Positions 19,836-29,604 of a stretch of DNA of 56,205 nt are shown here, in pieces; the first letter of the stretch is position 1, and the number at the start of each line of letters is the position of its first letter. The DNA comes from Candidatus Binatus sp. GTDB taxonomy: Bacteria > Desulfobacterota > Binatia > Binatales > Binataceae. The notes below the pieces were generated by a model, which ran no database searches, was not told where the DNA came from, and was given only the letters and a program-made list of their open reading frames with translations. The stretch spans positions 1 to 56,205 of the forward strand of contig NZ_DATDGQ010000344.1 in the NCBI RefSeq assembly GCF_036522015.1, in the 5' to 3' direction. The position numbers and the translations under genes were made by a program.

Positions 19836-21899
19836 GTGATAAGCGATCGATGGAACGACGCCGCGGCAAAGGCGCTGTCAGAGCCTGCACTGCTTTTGTA
19901 CCGCTCCCATTTGTTGGGCGCCGATCTTGGGGTGACCAACTTCGGCGGCGGCAACACTTCGGCAAAAATCGCGGACGTCGATCCGCTGAACGGCGCGCGC
20001 GTTACGATTTTGTGGGTGAAAGGATCCGGCGACGATTTGGGCTCGATGGATTTGTCCGGCTTCGCGAAATTATATCAAGACAAAATCGTCGCGCTGGAGA
20101 GCCGCTTCCGCGGACGCGAACACGAAGATGAACTAGTCCCCTACTTTGACTATTGCGCGTTCGCCGGCAGCGCGCGGTCCGCCAGCGTTGACACTCCCCT
20201 GCACGCATTCCTGCCGTTCGCGCACGTCGACCACGTCCATCCCGACTCCGTCATCGCAATTGCGGCTGCACGCCGCAGCGGAGCTCTTACGCGCGACGCA
20301 TTCGGCGGCGACCTCGGATGGCTGCCGTGGCAACGACCGGGCTTCGACCTTGGCTTGCGATTGCGCGACGCGGTGCGGGCGAGTCCGAAAATTCGGGGCG
20401 TCGTGCTTGCGGGCCACGGGCTCATCACGTGGGGCGATACTTCGAAGGCCTGCTATCAGAACACGATCGCTACGATTCGCCGCGCTGAGGCGTGGTTGTC
20501 CGAGCGCATCGGAACGACGCCGGCGTTTGGCGGCGAGCGCGGCGCGGCGCGGCCCGCGGAGAATCGGAGCGCCATCGCTTCACAATTGATGCCCGCTTTG
20601 CGCGGTCGTCTATCGGTCGCGCAACGCAAGGTCGGTCACTTTGCCGACAACCCGCAGGTGCTCGAATTCGTTGCCAGCCAGCGGTTTGAAGAGCTGGCCA
20701 ATCTCGGTACATCATGTCCCGATCATTTTCTCCGCACCAAGATTCGACCGCTCGTGCTGCCTGCCGATCCGGCCGTCGCAAAAGCGACCGCTGCCGAAAC
20801 GATCGCTCGCTACCGAAGCGATTACCAGGCCTACTACGAACGATGCCGCAGACCCGACTCACCACCGATGCGCGACGCGAACCCGGTCGTGATCCTGATG
20901 CCCTCGGTCGGGATGTTCACGTTCGCAAAGGATAAGGCTACGGCACGAATCGCGAGTGAGTTCTACTGCAACGCGATCGGCGTCATGCGCGGCGCCTCCG
21001 AGGTCGATGAGTATCTCGGCCTGCCCGAGCAGGAGGCATTCGACATTGAGTATTGGGCGCTCGAGGAAGCCAAGCTGCGGCGACAACCTGCGCCGAAACC
21101 GCTCGCAGGACGCGTTGCGATCGTAACCGGCGGCGCAGGCGGAATTGGCGGCGCGATCGCACAGCGACTGTTGGCCGACGACGCATGCGTCGTCCTGTTG
21201 GACAATGATGAAGCCGCGCTGGAGCGAGCCGGCGCCGATTTTGCGCTGAAGTTCGGCAACGATCGGACGCGAATCACCCGATGCGACGTTACCGACGAAG
21301 CCAGCGTAGCGCGGGCGTTTGCGTTCGCGGCGCAGGAATACGGCGGCGTGGACGTCGTGGTATCGAACGCGGGAATCGCGTCGGCGGCGCCGTTCGATCA
21401 AACCACGCTCGAAACGTGGCGCCGCAATATGGACGTGCTCGGGACCGGCTACTTCCTGATCGGACGCGAGGCAGCGCGGGTGATGAAAGCGCAGGGCATC
21501 GGCGGATCGATCGTGTTTGTCGCGAGCAAGAATGGACTGGTAGCATCGGCGGGCGCTGCCGCATACAGCACCGCCAAGGCGGCTGAGCTTCACCTGGCGC
21601 GATGCATGGCGCTCGAGCTGGCTCCCGACGGAATTCGGGTGAACGCCGTAAATCCTGACGCCGTGCTGCAAGGCTCGCGCATATGGTCGAGCAGTTGGCG
21701 GGCAGAACGCGCGCGCGCATATGAAATCGATCCGTCTGAACTGGAGAAATTTTATCGGGAGCGGAGCCTGCTGAAACAAAACGTCACGCCCGAGGACGTC
21801 GCCGAAGCCGTGCATTTTTTTGCGTCCGATCGATCGGCGAAGTCCACCGGCAACATTCTCAACGTCGACGCCGGCAACGCCGCAGCATTCACGCGGTGA
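19836..21899 (+). CDS. Bifunctional rhamnulose-1-phosphate aldolase / short-chain dehydrogenase
   Basis: The N-terminal half is class II aldolase/adducin-like. The C-terminal SDR has VAIVTGGAGGIGGAIAQRL, NAGIA and YSTAKAA (catalytic YxxxK). 687 aa matches the known fusion family. Confidence 0.8.
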   Translation: MISDRWNDAAAKALSEPALLLYRSHLLGADLGVTNFGGGNTSAKIADVDPLNGARVTILWVKGSGDDLGSMDLSGFAKLYQDKIVALESRFRGREHEDELVPYFDYCAFAGSARSASVDTPLHAFLPFAHVDHVHPDSVIAIAAARRSGALTRDAFGGDLGWLPWQRPGFDLGLRLRDAVRASPKIRGVVLAGHGLITWGDTSKACYQNTIATIRRAEAWLSERIGTTPAFGGERGAARPAENRSAIASQLMPALRGRLSVAQRKVGHFADNPQVLEFVASQRFEELANLGTSCPDHFLRTKIRPLVLPADPAVAKATAAETIARYRSDYQAYYERCRRPDSPPMRDANPVVILMPSVGMFTFAKDKATARIASEFYCNAIGVMRGASEVDEYLGLPEQEAFDIEYWALEEAKLRRQPAPKPLAGRVAIVTGGAGGIGGAIAQRLLADDACVVLLDNDEAALERAGADFALKFGNDRTRITRCDVTDEASVARAFAFAAQEYGGVDVVVSNAGIASAAPFDQTTLETWRRNMDVLGTGYFLIGREAARVMKAQGIGGSIVFVASKNGLVASAGAAAYSTAKAAELHLARCMALELAPDGIRVNAVNPDAVLQGSRIWSSSWRAERARAYEIDPSELEKFYRERSLLKQNVTPEDVAEAVHFFASDRSAKSTGNILNVDAGNAAAFTR

Positions 21900-21916
21900 G
21901 TTCTCGCGAGGTTTCT

Positions 21917-23212
21917 ATGACGCCACGCATGCCAATCGAACCCGAGCTGATCGCAAAACACAACGCGCGCCTCGAGCAGGATCTCGCAGCCGACTACGAA
22001 CACCTTGGCGCCGTGCTGGCGCGGCGCGGAGTTGACCTCGAAGCGATCACTGCGCGCATCCAGCGATTCGCGGTGGCGATTCCGAGCTGGGGCGTCGGAT
22101 CGGGCGGCACGCGGTTCGCCCGCTTTCCAGTGGCCGGCGAGCCGCGCAACGTCTTCGAGAAGCTTGAAGACTGCGCGGTGATCCAGCAGCTCGGACGGGC
22201 GACGCCGACGGTGTCGCCGCATTTCCCGTGGGATCGCGTCGACGATTTTCGCGAGCTGCGCGAGTTTGCGCGCTCCTATGGAATCGTTTTCGACGCCGTC
22301 AATTCAAATACTTTCGAAGACCTGCCCGGCCGGCTCTCTTACAAGTTCGGCAGCCTGACGCACAGCGACAAGGCGGTGCGCGAGCAGGCGATCGCGCACA
22401 ATCTCGAGTGCATCGAGATCGGCCAGCAGCTCGGCTCGCGGGCGCTCACTGTATGGATCGGCGACGGCTCGAATTTTCCCGGGCAGCTCAACATGACGAA
22501 AGCCCTGGAGCGGTACCTGGAGAGCATGCGCGTGATCGTTGCGGCGATACCCGACGGATGGCGCGCGTTCATCGAGCACAAGCTGTACGAGCCGGCGCTG
22601 TACTCGACAGTGATCGCGGATTGGGGGACGAGTTTCATTTGCGCGACGCAACTCGGCCCGAACGTCCAGTGCCTCGTCGATTTGGGGCATCATGCGCCGA
22701 CGACGAATATCGAGCAGATCGTTTCGCGCCTGATTCAGTTTCAGCGCCTGGGCGGCTTCCATTTTAACGATTCCAAGTATGGTGACGACGATCTGGACAC
22801 CGGTTCGATCAACCCGTTCCAGATTTTTCTGGTTTTCAACGAGCTGGTGGACGCCGAGTTGCGCGGCGCGCCCGGCTTTGCGCCTGCATACATGCTCGAC
22901 CAGAGTCACAACGTGACCGACCCGGTAGAGAGTCTGCTCGAAAGCGCGGTCGCGCTGCAGCGCGCGTATGCGCAGGCACTGCTGGTCGATCGCGACGCGT
23001 TGAATTCGGCACAGGAGTCGAACGACGCGCTGATGGCGAATCGGACGCTGCAAAGCGCGGTGCGGATGGACGTCGAGTCGGCAATCAAAATGGCGCGCAA
23101 ACGAAACGGCGGCGCAATCGATCCGGTCGCGGTCTTCAGAGACAGCCGTTACCGACAGTGTAAAGCGTCGGCCCGTCCGCAGGATCTGACGGGCAAATCG
23201 GGAATCGTGTAG
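21917..23212 (+). CDS. rhaI: L-rhamnose isomerase, RhaI (xylose-isomerase-like TIM barrel) type
   Basis: About 430 aa. FAVAIPSWGVGSGGTRF, HFPWD, VDLGHH and FHFNDSKYGDDDLD are metal-binding TIM-barrel motifs. The gene overlaps the upstream aldolase/SDR gene. Confidence 0.75.
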   Translation: MTPRMPIEPELIAKHNARLEQDLAADYEHLGAVLARRGVDLEAITARIQRFAVAIPSWGVGSGGTRFARFPVAGEPRNVFEKLEDCAVIQQLGRATPTVSPHFPWDRVDDFRELREFARSYGIVFDAVNSNTFEDLPGRLSYKFGSLTHSDKAVREQAIAHNLECIEIGQQLGSRALTVWIGDGSNFPGQLNMTKALERYLESMRVIVAAIPDGWRAFIEHKLYEPALYSTVIADWGTSFICATQLGPNVQCLVDLGHHAPTTNIEQIVSRLIQFQRLGGFHFNDSKYGDDDLDTGSINPFQIFLVFNELVDAELRGAPGFAPAYMLDQSHNVTDPVESLLESAVALQRAYAQALLVDRDALNSAQESNDALMANRTLQSAVRMDVESAIKMARKRNGGAIDPVAVFRDSRYRQCKASARPQDLTGKSGIV

Positions 23213-23222
23213 TTGCCCCGTA

Positions 23223-23855
23223 TCACTGGCGCCAACGTTTTTGTTGCGCGTCGCGAATCAGCGCGTACACCGATTTGACTTGCTCGACCATATCGAAACT
23301 GGGCGTGGCAAAGCCCATCCCCGGCCACCCCGTTCCGGCAAAATGCTGGTATGGATTCTGCGGGCCAAACGTAATCGTTCCTCTGCCGCCCGAGCGCTCG
23401 GTCATCGAGATGTCGCTCATCGTGCGCAAATCCAGGCTCTTCACCTTGCGAGGACTGAGAGCGGCCACCAGAGCCGTCACCAGCGCGACGTCCGGCGCGG
23501 GCTGCGGGTCGACTAGCCCGGTCACAATGATCACTCTGTGATCGGTCACACCGTAACAAGTGTGATCGCGCTGGATTGCTTCGACGATGAAGCGTCCAAA
23601 CATCATGTAGAGACCGATCAGCGCGAAAGGAATTGCAAAGAGGAGGCCGACAAACCCGGGGCCGCCTCCGCCGTCGCGTACGTGAAAGAGAACGCTGACC
23701 GCAAAGAAGATCGCGAAGCCGCCCCACATGAGGCTGAACGGGATCATGAAGATGTCGGGGCCGCGGAACACGATGCCCTTGCGCGGTTGTCCCGACCAGA
23801 GCAGCGACTCGCCGGCGTCCAGCTGTTGCGCGATCACGTGGCTCGCATCGAGCAT
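23223..23855 (-). CDS. Membrane protein with PH-like soluble domain, last gene of the pqq transcription unit
   Basis: ATG 23855 lies 8 nt after the pqqE stop. GESLLWSGQP is followed by two TMs (IFMIPFSLMWGGFAIFFAV, FVGLLFAIPFALIGLYMMFG), then YGVTDHRVIIV...TITFG. The tracked 345-aa ORF is rejected because its first 135 codons overlap pqqE. Confidence 0.55.
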   Translation of the reverse strand: MLDASHVIAQQLDAGESLLWSGQPRKGIVFRGPDIFMIPFSLMWGGFAIFFAVSVLFHVRDGGGGPGFVGLLFAIPFALIGLYMMFGRFIVEAIQRDHTCYGVTDHRVIIVTGLVDPQPAPDVALVTALVAALSPRKVKSLDLRTMSDISMTERSGGRGTITFGPQNPYQHFAGTGWPGMGFATPSFDMVEQVKSVYALIRDAQQKRWRQ

Positions 23856-23863
23856 GATGTTTC

Positions 23864-24979
23864 TTACGAGACGAGAGCAGGCCCACGCGCCAGCCGGCGG
23901 CTGGTCTTTGCATCGCGATAGATCAGCGGATCGTCGGAACCTAAATCCTCGCGCATCGACTCGACGATCGCGTGATGCGGTGAGAGGCGGCAGATCGGAT
24001 CGGCTTCGGCGGCGTTTCCGGCCAGCATGAAAGCCTGGCATCGGCATCCTCCGAAATCGATTTCCTTTCTCGCGCAACTGCGGCACGGTTCTATCATCCA
24101 GCCGTCGCCGCGAAACGCGTTCATCGCGGGCGAGTCGCGCCAGATTTCTCCGAGCGCGCCGTCGCGCACGGAATCGAAGTGCAGGCCCGGGATCACCGAC
24201 GCAGCGTGGCACGGCATCACCTGGCCGGTCGGATTGATGCACATATAGCTGCGGCCCCATCCGCCCATGCAGGGCTTGGGCTCGCCCGAGAGATAGTCGT
24301 TCTGCACGAATGCGATTTCGAGCGTGCCGCGATACTTCGCGATCGCCTCAAGCGCGATTTGCTCGGCCCGATCGTACTGCGCGCGCGTCGGCATCAACGC
24401 CCGCCCATTTTCAGCCGCCCACGCATAGAACTGGGTGTTCGCCAGCTCGAGGCGATCCGCTCCGAGCTCGAGCGCGAGCGCGATCAGCTCGGGGATCTCG
24501 CCAATATTCAGCCGATGGATGACGACGTTGAGGGTGAGCGGAAAGCCAATTTCGCGGATGAGAAGCGCGACCTCGAGTTTTTTCCGATGCGATCGAACGC
24601 CGGCGACCATCTCGGCGCTTTCGCGCGCCGCACCCTGGATACTGAGTTGAACATGGTCGAGACCGGCCTCGCGAAAGCGCCGCAGCCGATCCTCGTCGAG
24701 CAACGTGCCGCCAGTTATCAGGTTGGTATAAAGATCGCAGCCGCGCGCGTGCTGAATCAGCTCGACCAGGTCGTCGCGAAGGACGGGCTCGCCGCCCGAC
24801 AGATGCAACTGCACGACACCGAGTCCCGCTGCTTCGGAAAAAACCCGTCGCCACTCCCCGGTCGAAAGCTCGGTGCGCGAGCGGTGGAACTCGACCGGGT
24901 TGGAACAGTACACGCAGCGCAGCGGGCATCGATAGGTGAGCTCGGCGACGAGCGTGTAAGGGCGCGGCGGTGCGTTCAT
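23864..24979 (-). CDS. pqqE: PqqA peptide cyclase (radical SAM/SPASM) PqqE
   Basis: PYTLVAELTYRCPLRCVYCSNP is the CxxxCxxC motif. The C-terminal SPASM cysteines are CRSCARKEIDFGGCRCQA. The ATG at 24979 overlaps the pqqD stop (ATGA). Confidence 0.92.
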   Translation of the reverse strand: MNAPPRPYTLVAELTYRCPLRCVYCSNPVEFHRSRTELSTGEWRRVFSEAAGLGVVQLHLSGGEPVLRDDLVELIQHARGCDLYTNLITGGTLLDEDRLRRFREAGLDHVQLSIQGAARESAEMVAGVRSHRKKLEVALLIREIGFPLTLNVVIHRLNIGEIPELIALALELGADRLELANTQFYAWAAENGRALMPTRAQYDRAEQIALEAIAKYRGTLEIAFVQNDYLSGEPKPCMGGWGRSYMCINPTGQVMPCHAASVIPGLHFDSVRDGALGEIWRDSPAMNAFRGDGWMIEPCRSCARKEIDFGGCRCQAFMLAGNAAEADPICRLSPHHAIVESMREDLGSDDPLIYRDAKTSRRLARGPALVS

Positions 24980-25251
24980 TGGAGCAACCCGCGCACGCGA
25001 ATCGTATCGAGGAAGTCCATCACCTCGCGCATGAGGGCGTCGCGATCGGCGTTGGCATAATTCTTCGACAACAAATCCACTATTTGGTCTATCGAGCGCG
25101 CGCCCTCGCACAGCCTGACGATCGCGGCGCCGGTTTCGTTGAGGGCGAGCGCTGCTTCAGGAAACAAAATCAATTCCTGCTTCGCAACCGGGTCGAACTT
25201 AAGCCGCGCGCGCGCGGCCAGCCGCGGCCGCCATGGGTCGTCGGTGCTCAT
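24976..25251 (-). CDS. pqqD: PQQ biosynthesis peptide chaperone PqqD
   Basis: KFDPVAKQELILFPEAALALNETGAAIVRLCEG..IDQIVDLL. The start overlaps the pqqC stop (TGATG). Confidence 0.88.
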   Translation of the reverse strand: MSTDDPWRPRLAARARLKFDPVAKQELILFPEAALALNETGAAIVRLCEGARSIDQIVDLLSKNYANADRDALMREVMDFLDTIRVRGLLQ

Positions 25252-25991
25252 CACAGTTTTCGCGAATCGTCCCATAGCGGCGGCAAACATCCCGGCGAAA
25301 CGTACGCGTAGTGAATCGCGTCAAGCAGACTCCACAGTATGTAGCACTTGAGCGTGAGCGCGTCGGCGGCCCGATCCTGCGACTCGCGCGTCGTGCAATG
25401 CGCGACGACATATTGGAGCCCGAACTCGGAGTCGCGCGGCGCCTGCACGAGCCGGCCGCGAAAATATTCCAGGCCGCGGCTGTCGAGCCACGGATATAGC
25501 TTCTCAAGCACCACGATACGATCGGCCATCAGCGTCGGCGCGAACAATTCCGTCAGCGACGACGCAACCGCTTCGGTGAGCGGACGCGTCGCGCACAGAT
25601 GCAGGTAGGCGTCCACCGCGAACCGCACTCCAGGCAGCACGTAGCGCAGGCTCGCGACGTCGGCAGGATCGAGACCGGCGGCCTCCGACAGCCTGTACCA
25701 CTTGCGGATACCGCCCTCGCTGTCGCCGATCCCGTCGTGGTCGATGATCCGTGTGATCCACGCGCGGCGAAATTCCGGGTCGTCCGACTTGGCCAGGATC
25801 AGCGCGTCCTTTTTGGGAATCGTCCATTGATAGTAGAAACGATTTTCGATCCACGCCTGCAGTTGCCGCCGCGTGAGCTTCCCCTGATGCATCAGCACGT
25901 GAAACGGATGCTTGTCGTGATAAGCCGCCTCGCCGAGCGCGCGCAGCCGCGCGATAAATTTTTCAGCAGAGTCCGGTTTTCTTTCGATCAT
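25251..25991 (-). CDS. pqqC: Pyrroloquinoline-quinone synthase PqqC
   Basis: YHDKHPFHVLMHQGKLTRRQLQAWIENRFYYQ and YVLPGVRFAVDAYL. 246 aa. Confidence 0.92.
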   Translation of the reverse strand: MIERKPDSAEKFIARLRALGEAAYHDKHPFHVLMHQGKLTRRQLQAWIENRFYYQWTIPKKDALILAKSDDPEFRRAWITRIIDHDGIGDSEGGIRKWYRLSEAAGLDPADVASLRYVLPGVRFAVDAYLHLCATRPLTEAVASSLTELFAPTLMADRIVVLEKLYPWLDSRGLEYFRGRLVQAPRDSEFGLQYVVAHCTTRESQDRAADALTLKCYILWSLLDAIHYAYVSPGCLPPLWDDSRKL

Positions 25992-26009
25992 GTCGTTCGC
26001 ACTTGACTG

Positions 26010-26909
26010 TCAGACTGAGAAATCCATGCCGTCTTCGGCAACTTCCCATCCCGCGGTTTCGACGGCGCGGCGCTCGGGCGAGTTTTCGTCGAGAATGGGA
26101 TTGGTGTTGTTGATGTGAGTATAGATTTTTCTGATTCGAAGATCGCTGAGGCGCGCCAGGCTGCCGCCGGGTCCTGAGATCGGAATATGGCCCATCGCCG
26201 ACGCGGTCCGCGTCCCGACGCCGCGAATCTCCATCTCGTTGTCTGACCAGAAGCTGCCATCGAATAGAAGACAGTCGCAGGCGGCGACGGCCGCAATAAA
26301 TCTTTCGTCAATTTGCTTGATAGCCGGAACATAGAGGAGCGACGAACCGGTCCCGCGGTCGATGAGTTTGAAGGCGATCGCCGCTCCATCGCAATTGGCG
26401 GGAGGAGTTTTCACGTAAGTTGGAACTTTGCCGAAGACGAAGTGCGCCTCGAAGCCGAGGCCGCTTCCGATGGTTTCGGCCTTGCGATCTTCGACGGTCG
26501 TCACGCGAAATTTCTCCCGGGAATTCAACGCGCCAAAAACGGCGTTCGATGCCAACACCCAGTCGAAAACTAGCGACGTGCAATACAGCCGCAGCGCCTG
26601 CGCCTCACGCAGCGAAAGCAGGCCGGTGATGTGATCAAGCTCCGCATCTGAAAGCAGAACCGCGTCGATAGCCGAACCTCTGACGCCCCCTTTGGGCAGG
26701 AGGTCGGGAAATGACAACATTTGCGATCGAAGGTCGGGACTCGCGTTCAGCAACGACCATCGCGAGCCGTTTGCACTAACTGCGACCGAGCATTGCGTCC
26801 GTGCTTTCGCACGAATCGCCCCGGTCCGCAGGCCGGCGCAGTTGAGGCAGTTGCAGTTCCACTGGGGGAACCCGCCGCCGGCAGCGGAACCGAGAATATG
26901 GATCCGCAC
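26010..26909 (-). CDS. pqqB: PQQ biosynthesis protein PqqB (metallo-beta-lactamase fold)
   Basis: GTG start. MRIHILGSAAGGGFPQWNCNCLNC is the canonical PqqB N-terminus. 299 aa. Confidence 0.92.
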   Translation of the reverse strand: MRIHILGSAAGGGFPQWNCNCLNCAGLRTGAIRAKARTQCSVAVSANGSRWSLLNASPDLRSQMLSFPDLLPKGGVRGSAIDAVLLSDAELDHITGLLSLREAQALRLYCTSLVFDWVLASNAVFGALNSREKFRVTTVEDRKAETIGSGLGFEAHFVFGKVPTYVKTPPANCDGAAIAFKLIDRGTGSSLLYVPAIKQIDERFIAAVAACDCLLFDGSFWSDNEMEIRGVGTRTASAMGHIPISGPGGSLARLSDLRIRKIYTHINNTNPILDENSPERRAVETAGWEVAEDGMDFSV

Positions 26910-26921
26910 TTAATGCCGGTT

Positions 26922-27071
26922 TCAGGATTCCGGGTTGGTTGTCGATCCGTCGTCGCGAATCAGAGGCTGCTTCAGGACGCGCCTGGGATCGTCGGCCAGC
27001 GCCGAACTGTAGCAGTTGATTTCCGCGTCCATCCGAATCTCGACGAACTCTGGCTTCTTCCAATCATTCAT
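26922..27071 (-). CDS. pqqA: PQQ precursor peptide PqqA, unusually long (49 codons)
   Basis: ATG 27071 is preceded by GGAGG. In MNDWKKPEFVEIRMDAEINCYSSALADDPRRVLKQPLIRDDGSTTNPES, the W-x-K-P..E-x-x-x-Y (EINCY) core is where Glu and Tyr are cross-linked. It lies 12 nt upstream of pqqB. Confidence 0.8.
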   Translation of the reverse strand: MNDWKKPEFVEIRMDAEINCYSSALADDPRRVLKQPLIRDDGSTTNPES

Positions 27072-27224
27072 ATTTGAACTCCTCCGAGTACCCCCTAGAC
27101 TTTCTACACTATGGGGTTCACGCGAGGCAACGCGCATCGCTCACACAGTTGAATACCGCAGGAAGTTTCGCAAGACTTTCGAGGATACGGTAGCACGTGC
27201 CTATCGGGTTCTGAGGAAGCTTTG

Positions 27225-27869
27225 ATGTCGGAGCTGTTTGAAAAGATGGATCGTCTTGAGACGATTCGGATGCCCGACGGAGAAGTCTATTATCTGAACA
27301 ACTTTGACCTTGGTCGTGCTCCTGACGCAATTTTGCATCAGCTGATCGCTGACGTACCCTGGCGACAGGAAAATATTCTTGTTTGGGGCAAAATGTATCG
27401 GCAACCGCGCTTAGTCGCCTGGTACGGAGACAGCGGCAGCGACTATACCTATTCAGGGATCACACTGACTCCGATGCCCTGGACCGATTTGTTGCTCGAG
27501 GTAAGAACGCGAGTCGAGACTGTGACTGGGGAATCGTTCAACAGCGTACTGCTCAATTTTTATCGCGACAATCGCGATAGCATGGGATTCCATAGCGATG
27601 ACGAGCCAGAGCTTGGAGAGAGACCCGTAATCGCGTCGCTGAGTTTTGGCGAAGAGCGAACACTCGTTCTGAAGCACAAGTTGAACAAGCTGGCCAAACC
27701 TGTCCGGCTTCGGCTTGAGTCGGGGAGCCTTTTACTGATGAAAGGTGAAACGCAGCGATATTGGAAGCACGGTATCGCCAAGGAGACGCGTTCGTGCGGA
27801 CCAAGGATTAACTTGACGTTTCGAAGCATTGTCTCTCCAGTTCGTGCAAGTTCCACGACGAGACCTTAA
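27225..27869 (+). CDS. alkB: AlkB-like Fe(II)/2-oxoglutarate-dependent dioxygenase (alkylation repair)
   Basis: FNSVLLNFYRDNRDSMGFHSDDE carries the H-x-D facial triad. WKHGI and RINLTFR carry the distal His and the 2OG-binding Arg. It is visibly more A/T-rich than its neighbours. Confidence 0.8.
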   Translation: MSELFEKMDRLETIRMPDGEVYYLNNFDLGRAPDAILHQLIADVPWRQENILVWGKMYRQPRLVAWYGDSGSDYTYSGITLTPMPWTDLLLEVRTRVETVTGESFNSVLLNFYRDNRDSMGFHSDDEPELGERPVIASLSFGEERTLVLKHKLNKLAKPVRLRLESGSLLLMKGETQRYWKHGIAKETRSCGPRINLTFRSIVSPVRASSTTRP

Positions 27870-27894
27870 GACTTACTTCGCTCGCCGGTGCTTT

Positions 27895-29442
27895 CTAGTT
27901 AGTGCGCTCGCCAGTGTCGGGTTTGAGGAACAATGGCCGCGTGCGATGCCGTCCGGTGAAATCGAACATGTTGGTGAGTGGGCCGGCGATCGCGTCGTAG
28001 GAGCCTCCACCTATCTGACCGAGTGACCAGTTGTCCTCGATGAAGCGGGTTATCGAGGTCAGGTCGGTAATTGTATGGTCAACGGAATTGCGCCTGGCAT
28101 AGGGCGATATGACGAGCAAGGGCAGCCGCGGCCCATAGCCGCATCGCAATTCGGCGTCGCCAAGTGAAGGATCGCCTGAGCCGCAGATACCTGTCCCGCT
28201 TAGGGCGTCGAGTGGCGAGGTCGAGCCATTGAATATAGGGCTCATCTGATGATCGTAGTCGCCGTCGCTGTCGTCGAAGGCGATCACGATAGCCATTCTC
28301 TTCCATTGCCGCGTCTTCTCAAGCGCGTTGATCGTTTTGACCAGGAACACCTGCTCGTCCAGCGGATCGGAAATGCCGCCCGCATGCCCGGTCTGATAGC
28401 GCTCCGCTTTGACATAACTCACGGCAGGCAGGTTGCCGGCCTTCGCGGCAGCTATTAGATCGTCCAGGTCATACTCGTGATTGGCCGGGCCAGCGTGACC
28501 TACCTCCGAGATATCAGCAGGTCGTGTGTGAGAGAGGTTGCTGGTCTGAGGATAGTACTGAAACGGCGTGTACTGACCGTTGTAATCATTGACGACGAGC
28601 AGACTTACCGGATTGGTGTGACTGCGCATACATCCTGTGGTGCCGTTGGGATTGACCGTCTGCAGATTGAAACCACCCTCGAAAGAACCCCAGCTTATGT
28701 TCTTTGCGTTGAGCAGATCACCTATGTTCATTCCGGACATCTGAACGGTCTGAGTGGCGCTGGCGAAGCATACGTCGCCGGTGGGTTGCGCGTTGGCGAT
28801 AAGAGTCCCGTTAAGAACGAGTTGCGGATTAGGCGGAGTGGGAATAGCTCCGTTAGTCTGTCCCGAGACCAGGTTGATGTGACCCGGTAGTGTGCTACCG
28901 AAGGTAGTGCCATACGAATTGTCGCTCATTTCAAAATGCTGAGCGTAATTCCACAAGGCCGTCACTGTATTGCCGTCGAAGTAACCCATAACGAACGCGG
29001 CGCCATGGCCGTAGTCGGGGCATCCTGCTGGAACCTTGGTAAAGGCTACGAACTGATCCATCAGGCCGAAATCAAATTGCTGCTGCTCAGCCTGATAGCC
29101 GTTGAGGCCGTCGCATGTAAAGGCTTGTGAACGATCGTAGCGGAACGGATTCACTCCATTAGGATTGAAGTTCAGCAGTGCCGGCGTGAACCCGTTGACC
29201 GACGGCGTATTATCGGCGGGAAAGAACTCGGGCTCTCCGGGAGGGTTGGCGGCGTTAGGATAAGTTCCAAAGTAATGATCGAAGGTCTCATTTTCCTGGA
29301 AGATAATCACCAGATGCTTGATAGGTGTGGTGGTAGGAAGGCGATCCGCTTCGTCGGCTACAGCTCGCGTCACCGATAAGGTTGCGACCATTCCTATGAC
29401 AAGCGCGATCGCGCACAGCAATCTCGAAATCGATCGATGCAT
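27895..29442 (-). CDS. Secreted phosphoesterase-family protein (phospholipase C / AcpA acid phosphatase family)
   Basis: Signal peptide MHRSISRLLCAIALVIGMVATLSVTRAVA, then HLVIIFQENETFDHYFGTYP, the hallmark N-terminal motif. FDDSDGDYDH lies near the C-terminal third. Confidence 0.8.
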   Translation of the reverse strand: MHRSISRLLCAIALVIGMVATLSVTRAVADEADRLPTTTPIKHLVIIFQENETFDHYFGTYPNAANPPGEPEFFPADNTPSVNGFTPALLNFNPNGVNPFRYDRSQAFTCDGLNGYQAEQQQFDFGLMDQFVAFTKVPAGCPDYGHGAAFVMGYFDGNTVTALWNYAQHFEMSDNSYGTTFGSTLPGHINLVSGQTNGAIPTPPNPQLVLNGTLIANAQPTGDVCFASATQTVQMSGMNIGDLLNAKNISWGSFEGGFNLQTVNPNGTTGCMRSHTNPVSLLVVNDYNGQYTPFQYYPQTSNLSHTRPADISEVGHAGPANHEYDLDDLIAAAKAGNLPAVSYVKAERYQTGHAGGISDPLDEQVFLVKTINALEKTRQWKRMAIVIAFDDSDGDYDHQMSPIFNGSTSPLDALSGTGICGSGDPSLGDAELRCGYGPRLPLLVISPYARRNSVDHTITDLTSITRFIEDNWSLGQIGGGSYDAIAGPLTNMFDFTGRHRTRPLFLKPDTGERTN

Positions 29443-29604
29443 CAGGGTCCCCCTCGCAACGCCGGTAGAATCGGCGCAGGAACCAGTCTTATCAGAGCCT
29501 GCATATGGAGGCATATCGGTCGCGAAGAAACCCAGCGCAGTGACGCGCGACCATCTTCAGTAATTCTTCTGACTGGCGCGCAGTTGGAGTAGGCTCGGGC
29601 TCAG

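Noticed and set aside
23856-24260. N-terminal 135 codons of the tracked 345-aa ORF 23223-24260.
   Set aside because: This part overlaps the 3' end of pqqE in another frame and is Arg-rich nonsense. ATG 23855, 8 nt after the pqqE stop, begins the sensible membrane protein.
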